A DNA stretch of 14,163 bases from the IMG/VR virus record IMGVR_UViG_3300045988_164836. One strand, given 5' to 3'. Under the pieces are notes generated by a model. That model ran no database searches. It was not told the origin of the DNA and was given only the letters and a program-made list of their open reading frames with translations. Each line of letters begins with the position of its first letter. Within the stretch, counting starts at the first letter, position 1. This stretch comes from a virus. The translations under genes were made by a program, and so were the position numbers. Below, in pieces: positions 9,604-14,163 of this stretch.

Positions 9604-11070
9604 TTATAATACTGTTATACTAGCTACGCCAGTCTTTGTATTGTCATAAACACTTGTTGCTGTGACTTTTATAAGTGTTGATTCATCACCACTAGTACTT
9701 GCTGTATGCCCTGCTGGTATATGAACTTTACCCATACTGTCAACTGTTGCTTTCTTATTTGCATCTTGCTCTGGATCTTGTGTTATTGTCCATGTAACTG
9801 CCTTATTGGCAAATCCTGTTGTCTCAACTACTGCTTCTAATTGTACATCAAGTCCTGCACTTGCACTGACTTCTGATGGATTTACGCTAACAGATGTTAC
9901 ACCTATAGCTTCTGTTACAAAAGCTACCGAATTTTCAAATGGCGAAGTAGATACTGCTCCCCAGGTGTGTAAAAAGTGATTTCTTTTTAATGTCTGTGGG
10001 TTATAAAATTCTGTTGCTTTTAAGTTTCCATAACCTTCTGCTGCATTATCCATTCCATAATAATAGTCTTGAAAGAAATCACGACCTACTATAACGCATG
10101 GCATTGTATTTAATTTTTGCATTTCTTCATCTGTTAGTGGCACATATCCATCTGTATATTGTCCTTCAATTATTTGACCATTTTCATCTCTTTTTGCAAA
10201 TACTTGTGCCAAACGTTCTGTATCAAATTTTCCAAATCCATCACATAATTCCATTTGTGCTTTCATTTCTGCATCTGATTTAAAATAACTTGTAGCTAGC
10301 ACATTTGTTGTAAATTTAGAATTGAATTTTGTTGATACTATAGCGAATTGGTCTTCAAAATCTGTTGCTTTTCTGATTCCAGCTGGGTTGTAATTTGGAC
10401 TTCTAAATGTCATATTATCTGATTGCTCTTTTATTTCTGCTACTATATCTCTATCCGTTTTATTTGCTATGTCTTTTATTTCAACTGTTGTTACTGTTCC
10501 GTCTAATATTCTTCTAGCTAACATATATTTATTTACTAAATAGGTATCATATTCATATCCTTCATATAAGCTATTAATTATCTGATCTATTAATTTGAAT
10601 AAATCACCTGTTTCAAAAGCCATTGCCATTTGTTCGTCTGATGTTGTTGTTTTATAATATTTTTGATAATTTATTTCGTGTAAATATGAAAGCACGTTTG
10701 GTACTTCTGTTTTTATGAAATCATATTCATTTTTTAACATTTCATTATAGTCATATATGTTTGCTATATCTACCATTACTTCTCTTATTTGTTGACCATA
10801 AGATAGCTGTCCCTTATCTGTAAATTTTTTCCATGGATTTTCCCAATGATTTCTTGTGATTACTGTTAAACCAATTAAGTTTATTGTATTTAAAAATGCA
10901 TTTTTATATGCAACATTTTTCATTATTATTTTACCAATTCCATTTATTGATTCACCTTGAACTGGTAAATCTATGTTATCACGCAATTCTGGCGTTTGAT
11001 TTATAACATAACTTAGCAATTCAGCCGAATTTTGCGCTTTTAAATTTTCTTTAGATTTTATTTTTGCCAT
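9604..11070 (-). CDS. Major capsid protein (phi29 gp8-like) with C-terminal Ig-like (BIG2-type) domain
   Basis: 488 aa; C-terminus SVNPSEVSASAGLDVQLEAVVETTGFANKAVTWTITQ...VDSMGKVHIPAG...IKVTATSVYDNTKTGVASITV is a typical BIG2 pattern; follows the scaffold-like gene. Confidence 0.8.
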   Translation of the reverse strand: MAKIKSKENLKAQNSAELLSYVINQTPELRDNIDLPVQGESINGIGKIIMKNVAYKNAFLNTINLIGLTVITRNHWENPWKKFTDKGQLSYGQQIREVMVDIANIYDYNEMLKNEYDFIKTEVPNVLSYLHEINYQKYYKTTTSDEQMAMAFETGDLFKLIDQIINSLYEGYEYDTYLVNKYMLARRILDGTVTTVEIKDIANKTDRDIVAEIKEQSDNMTFRSPNYNPAGIRKATDFEDQFAIVSTKFNSKFTTNVLATSYFKSDAEMKAQMELCDGFGKFDTERLAQVFAKRDENGQIIEGQYTDGYVPLTDEEMQKLNTMPCVIVGRDFFQDYYYGMDNAAEGYGNLKATEFYNPQTLKRNHFLHTWGAVSTSPFENSVAFVTEAIGVTSVSVNPSEVSASAGLDVQLEAVVETTGFANKAVTWTITQDPEQDANKKATVDSMGKVHIPAGHTASTSGDESTLIKVTATSVYDNTKTGVASITVL

Positions 11071-11082
11071 TTTATTTACCTC

Positions 11083-11376
11083 CTAAATTTCTTTTATATC
11101 AATTGTTTTTTCTTCTTCATTGTCAATCATTTCTTCTTTATCTTCTTTATCTTCTTTAGTATTTGAATTCAAAAATCTTTCTTTGTATTTTTCTTGTAAA
11201 TCTTTGTATTTTGTTTCTAATTCTTCAATTCTTTGCTTGTCTTCTTCATTTGTAGAACCTTCTGTTTCTACACTATCTGTTATATCTTCCATCAGCTCGA
11301 TTTTTACATCTTCATCCATAACTTTTTCATTAATTTTTGCAATTAATTCATCTTTACTTAGTTTCATCTGTTTCAC
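11083..11376 (-). CDS. Scaffold-like acidic coiled-coil protein
   Basis: 97 aa, highly charged coiled-coil composition, immediately upstream of the major capsid gene. Confidence 0.55.
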   Translation of the reverse strand: MKQMKLSKDELIAKINEKVMDEDVKIELMEDITDSVETEGSTNEEDKQRIEELETKYKDLQEKYKERFLNSNTKEDKEDKEEMIDNEEEKTIDIKEI

Positions 11377-11722
11377 TCCCCTCTTTTTTTAGAATCTTAT
11401 CAATTATTTCTATTTTGATTCCAGCCTTGCCTAAATTTTCTACTATTGACATTGTTTCCATCACTATTACGTAAATACATACTGCTTTACTTATTAAGCT
11501 TATATTAAAAGTTAAACTTGCTACAAATGATAAAAATACAATTATAATTATTAATGATTTGTGCAAAAGTCCTTCTCTCATTACTTTACTTTGAACTTCA
11601 TTATTAATTATAGCTTGTATGAATCCAGTTAGTACATCACATAAAGAAAAAATAAGCGGTGTTGCAATCTGCCATATAATTGATGAAAAATTTAACGTAT
11701 TGATTAAATTTTCTAAGTCCAT
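11354..11722 (-). CDS. Holin (phage_holin_4-like)
   Basis: 122 aa with several hydrophobic segments; LCDVLTGFIQAIIN and SKVMREGLLHKSLII; adjacent to a lysin; strong RBS aaggaggctatt. Confidence 0.8.
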   Translation of the reverse strand: MDLENLINTLNFSSIIWQIATPLIFSLCDVLTGFIQAIINNEVQSKVMREGLLHKSLIIIIVFLSFVASLTFNISLISKAVCIYVIVMETMSIVENLGKAGIKIEIIDKILKKEGSETDETK

Positions 11723-11765
11723 AATAGCCTCCTTTTATTCATTATAAAAAATAGAATGATATTTG

Positions 11766-12338
11766 TCAATATCTTTCTCTGAATTTTCTAAAATAAATTG
11801 GCCAAGGAAACTTTTTTTTCTTTTTTTTATAGATTGGCTGTTCAGGTATATCATCGTATAAAACAATTGTTCCTCTCACATTTGGAATTCCTAAACTTTC
11901 ACCGAGGATTTACAAAACTATCACACTGCCAACTTTGCGTAGTACTTGCTTCTAAGTGTAAATGTGTTCCAGTACTATTTCCTGTATTTCCCATTCTTCC
12001 TATTTTTGTTGCTGTTGTTACTTTATCACCGACCTTTACTTGTATACTTCCGTATAACATGTGACAATATCTATAATATAATCCTGTTCTATTATCTCTT
12101 ATCTGTACCTGGTTTCCGCAAACTAGGTGTTGTTCCTGTGCTTTTAGTATATACATATACGACTTCTCCATCTTCACTACATGAATATAAATCTGGATTA
12201 GTTTCAGCTACTCCGACTTTGCGGAAAATCTATTCCTGTATGAAATCCGCATGTATAACCGCTTGATATGTTCCCATAAGGTTGCCCGACTTCACATTGA
12301 ATGTGAATCGGGCTGTATTTACTTGTTACTCTAGCCAT
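11766..12338 (-). CDS. M23-family endopeptidase (lysin), interrupted by three CGGN +1 sites (189 aa if corrected)
   Basis: Corrected reading: MARVTSKYSPIHIQCEVGQPYGNISSGYTCGFHTGIDFPQSGVAETNPDLYSCSEDGEVVYVYTKSTGTTPSLGNQVQIRDNRTGLYYRYCHMLYGSIQVKVGDKVTTATKIGRMGNTGNSTGTHLHLEASTTQSWQCDSFVNPGESLGIPNVRG...; contains HTGID, YCHM, GNTGNSTGTHLHLE of M23. Sites (minus strand): 12215-12212, 12118-12115, 11904-11901. 573 nt minus 3 = 190 codons including the stop. Confidence 0.92.
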
Positions 12339-12733
12339 CCTAGTTCCTCCATTTTTCTATTTATTGCTTTATTTTCTTCTAGCGATATCCATAAATCAGA
12401 ACCTTCTTTTTTAAATGTCTTATATTTTTTATTAAAATTTATACTACTATAATCACTATCATATTCTATTAAATCATTATCTTCTGCTGTTTTTACAAAT
12501 CCTAATTCTTCAAATAATTCATCTGCTGATAATTCAATATTTACTATAAAAGTGTCTTCAATAAAATCAATATCATTATTTGTAACTAAATAAGCCAAAT
12601 CATTACTTTCTAAATTTTTTCCGCTCCAATAAAATTCCATATTAAATCTTGTACTATATATTGTTTTACCTGCTTTTATTTTTTTATCTTGTATCAATTG
12701 TAATAATTCAATTCCACTTACTTTTTTTTTCAT
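12326..12733 (-). CDS. Hypothetical protein (135 aa)
   Basis: Uninterrupted ORF with RBS (aggaggatataaaATG), overlapping the lysin start. Confidence 0.7.
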   Translation of the reverse strand: MKKKVSGIELLQLIQDKKIKAGKTIYSTRFNMEFYWSGKNLESNDLAYLVTNNDIDFIEDTFIVNIELSADELFEELGFVKTAEDNDLIEYDSDYSSINFNKKYKTFKKEGSDLWISLEENKAINRKMEELGWLE

Positions 12734-12744
12734 TTTATATCCTC

Positions 12745-13401
12745 CTATTTTTTGTAATTATTGTTTATCATATATCCTTCTTCTCCTGTAGCTCGTACTT
12801 TAACTTTATCCCATATAAATCCATCTTTAATATCTGAATTCTTTTCAAGTAAAATAACTGTTGTATTTCTGATATATAAATTTTTTATTTTTCCATCTAA
12901 ACCAGCCTTCTCTCTTAAATTTGTATTTCGATTTAGAATCTTTATCTCTTCTTCTGCATTTGTTTTTATTTGATAATTTTTTGTATTATATGTTCCAGCT
13001 TTATTTGGTATTCTCATATAATCTGCTACATTTTCAGTTTTTCCATAACAATTACATTTTTGCCTTATTTCAAAATGTAAATGCGTACCAGTACTATTCC
13101 CTGTATTTCCCATTTTTCCTATTATTGTATTTCTTGATACTCTCTCCCCTGTTATTACATAAATTTCGCTTAAATGACAGTACCAGTGATAATTTTCTGC
13201 TTCTGAATTTTTTACAACTATATAATTACCATAACTTTTATCGAATCCAGTTGCACTTACTATTCCATTACAGGTTCCATATATTGATCTATTATTTGAA
13301 TATAAGTCAATCCCTGTATGCCAGCCAGCTACCCAATTTCCTTTTCTTTTGTATTCACATGTTACTTTAAAAATTCCAGTTAATGGTATATTTGTACTCA
13401 T
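12745..13401 (-). CDS. M23-family peptidase with C-terminal SH3-like domain
   Basis: GWHTGIDLYS...SYGNYIVVKNS...YWYCHL-type region (HWYCHL) and GNTGNSTGTHLHFE; C-term NLREKAG...YMINNNYKK SH3-like. Start chosen at internal ATG 13401 (MSTNIPLTG) because the upstream ATG at 13413 overlaps the GGAGG Shine-Dalgarno. Confidence 0.85.
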   Translation of the reverse strand: MSTNIPLTGIFKVTCEYKRKGNWVAGWHTGIDLYSNNRSIYGTCNGIVSATGFDKSYGNYIVVKNSEAENYHWYCHLSEIYVITGERVSRNTIIGKMGNTGNSTGTHLHFEIRQKCNCYGKTENVADYMRIPNKAGTYNTKNYQIKTNAEEEIKILNRNTNLREKAGLDGKIKNLYIRNTTVILLEKNSDIKDGFIWDKVKVRATGEEGYMINNNYKK

Positions 13402-13403
13402 AT

Positions 13404-13553
13404 TTACCTCCATAATATTTTATCTATTTTTTTATATAAGTTTATTTTAAATACTTTATAGCTTATTAATTGTATTAATAATAGTATTCCTATGGCTCCT
13501 AATATATATAATATACTTAATTCTAAAAATATTAAACCTTTTAATATGATCAT
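13404..13553 (-). CDS. Small membrane protein (49 aa)
   Basis: MIILKGLIFLELSILYILGAIGILLLIQLISYKVFKINLYKKIDKILWR*; preceded by aaggaggaaataaa; coupled to the downstream M23 gene (not in the supplied ORF track). Confidence 0.6.
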   Translation of the reverse strand: MIILKGLIFLELSILYILGAIGILLLIQLISYKVFKINLYKKIDKILWR

Positions 13554-13580
13554 TTTATTTCCTCCTTGTTTATTAATTTA

Positions 13581-13652
13581 TTATTGAAATAGGCTAAATA
13601 GTATTAAAGCTACTGCAAATCCTAAATTTAATCCGATTACAAATAATATCAT
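13581..13652 (-). CDS. Very small transmembrane peptide (23 aa)
   Basis: MILFVIGLNLGFAVALILFSLFQ*; RBS aaggagtaaatgaa upstream. Confidence 0.4.
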   Translation of the reverse strand: MILFVIGLNLGFAVALILFSLFQ

Positions 13653-13669
13653 TTCATTTACTCCTTATT

Positions 13670-13966
13670 TTAATAATCTATTTTTAATTTTTTGTATCGA
13701 ATTGGATTTTCTGGCTGTATCTTTTCTAACTCGCTACTTCTAAAATTAAATCTTTTTCCATCTTCAAATTTAACTCCAAATATAAAATCTTTTTTATCAT
13801 ATGATATTGATGTTACTATTCCTAATTGTCCTTGATATTTACAATAACAACTATCTTTCCCTAGATTTTTTAATTCTTTTATTTTCACCATATCTCCAAA
13901 TTCAAATTTGCCTTCATTTTTTATAAAATTTATTATTTTCATTATTTTACTTTTATATGTTTTCAT
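13670..13966 (-). CDS. Hypothetical first gene of the right operon (98 aa), possible KOW/SH3-like fold
   Basis: RBS gagggaaacaagac; FGDMVKIKELKNLGKDSCYCKYQGQLGIVTSISYDKKDFIFGVKFEDG resembles small beta-barrel proteins. Confidence 0.6.
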   Translation of the reverse strand: MKTYKSKIMKIINFIKNEGKFEFGDMVKIKELKNLGKDSCYCKYQGQLGIVTSISYDKKDFIFGVKFEDGKRFNFRSSELEKIQPENPIRYKKLKIDY

Positions 13967-13992
13967 GTCTTGTTTCCCTCCTTTCTTACTTC

Positions 13993-14058
13993 TCTTTAAT
14001 TATAATACTATTTATTAGTAATGTCAATACCTTTTTTTATAATCTGTTAAATTTTTTA
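13993..14058. repeat. Right copy of the inverted terminal segment
   Basis: Reverse complement of 1..65 with a few mismatches and one indel. Confidence 0.85.
13999..14027 (-). promoter_or_regulatory. Promoter of the right (-) operon: TTGACA - 17 nt - TATAAT
   Basis: tgtcaa (14022-14027) and attata (13999-14004) on +; spacer sequence identical to that of the left promoter. Confidence 0.85.
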
Positions 14059-14163
14059 CTTTTAATTTATATTTACTCATTAGTTTATTATGTATTATTT
14101 ATATCTTGTTAACTTATTATGTTAACAGTTGAGGGAATTTTACTTATTAGTAAATGTTTCTTA

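Noticed and set aside
2077-12215. Random sequencing or assembly indels
   Set aside because: Errors would usually lie in the abundant A/T homopolymers of this genome, yet those cause no shifts here. Ordinary GGA/GGT codons are common in the same genes without a C. A chemistry- or basecaller-specific systematic artefact remains possible and is the first thing to test.
2077-12215. Simple reassignment of CGG to Trp, Gln or another amino acid
   Set aside because: Reassignment alone would not require a frame change; after each zero-phase CGG the zero frame loses homology and the +1 frame carries it.
11798-12266. Plus-strand ORFs 11798..12064 and 11946..12266
   Set aside because: Antisense to the reconstructed M23 lysin; no RBS or family-like features. 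The same applies to antisense ORFs 165..443, 2758..2946, 5459..5671, 5689..5871, 8192..8377, 8818..9027, 10098..10283, 11120..11392, 12649..12837, 12761..12973 and 12921..13370.
14108-14131. gttaacttattatgttaac short repeat near the right end
   Set aside because: Two copies of palindromic GTTAAC in very AT-rich DNA; too short to claim as a replication or TP-binding element.

Overview
The window looks like a nearly complete, very AT-rich, phi29/picovirus-like linear podophage genome (protein-primed replication) with two convergent operons. Left operon (+): SSB-like protein, terminal-protein candidate, protein-primed family B DNA polymerase, small ORF, packaging ATPase, small Cys/His protein, tail knob. 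Right operon (-): small ORFs, SH3-containing M23 peptidase, unknown ORF, second M23 peptidase, holin, scaffold-like protein, major capsid with Ig-like domain, upper and lower collar, SGNH-domain appendage protein. The main observation is a systematic pattern of 4-base 'CGGN' units where a GGN glycine codon is expected. The DNA polymerase is broken into fragments by seven +1 shifts, the M23 endolysin-like gene by three, the tail-knob gene by one and the ATPase C-terminus by one. All 12 sites are a zero-phase CGG followed by A (10x) or T (2x). Skipping one nucleotide at each CGG rebuilds a full-length protein with canonical motifs, and no other indel is needed. I found no zero-phase CGG codon in the unbroken genes, although the trinucleotide CGG occurs there many times in the other two phases (e.g. 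GAC GGG, AAC GGA, ACG GCT). The simplest biological reading is quantitative +1 recoding at CGG: a quadruplet-reading tRNA, or an unassigned CGG with out-of-frame tRNA-Gly entry on the overlapping GGN. A systematic sequencing or assembly artefact has to be excluded first. Other observations: near-identical inverted terminal segments each carrying a TTGACA-17-TATAAT-type promoter, a bidirectional terminator between the converging operons, a possible structured RNA near the left end, and paralogous M23 domains of which only one carries the CGG interruptions.
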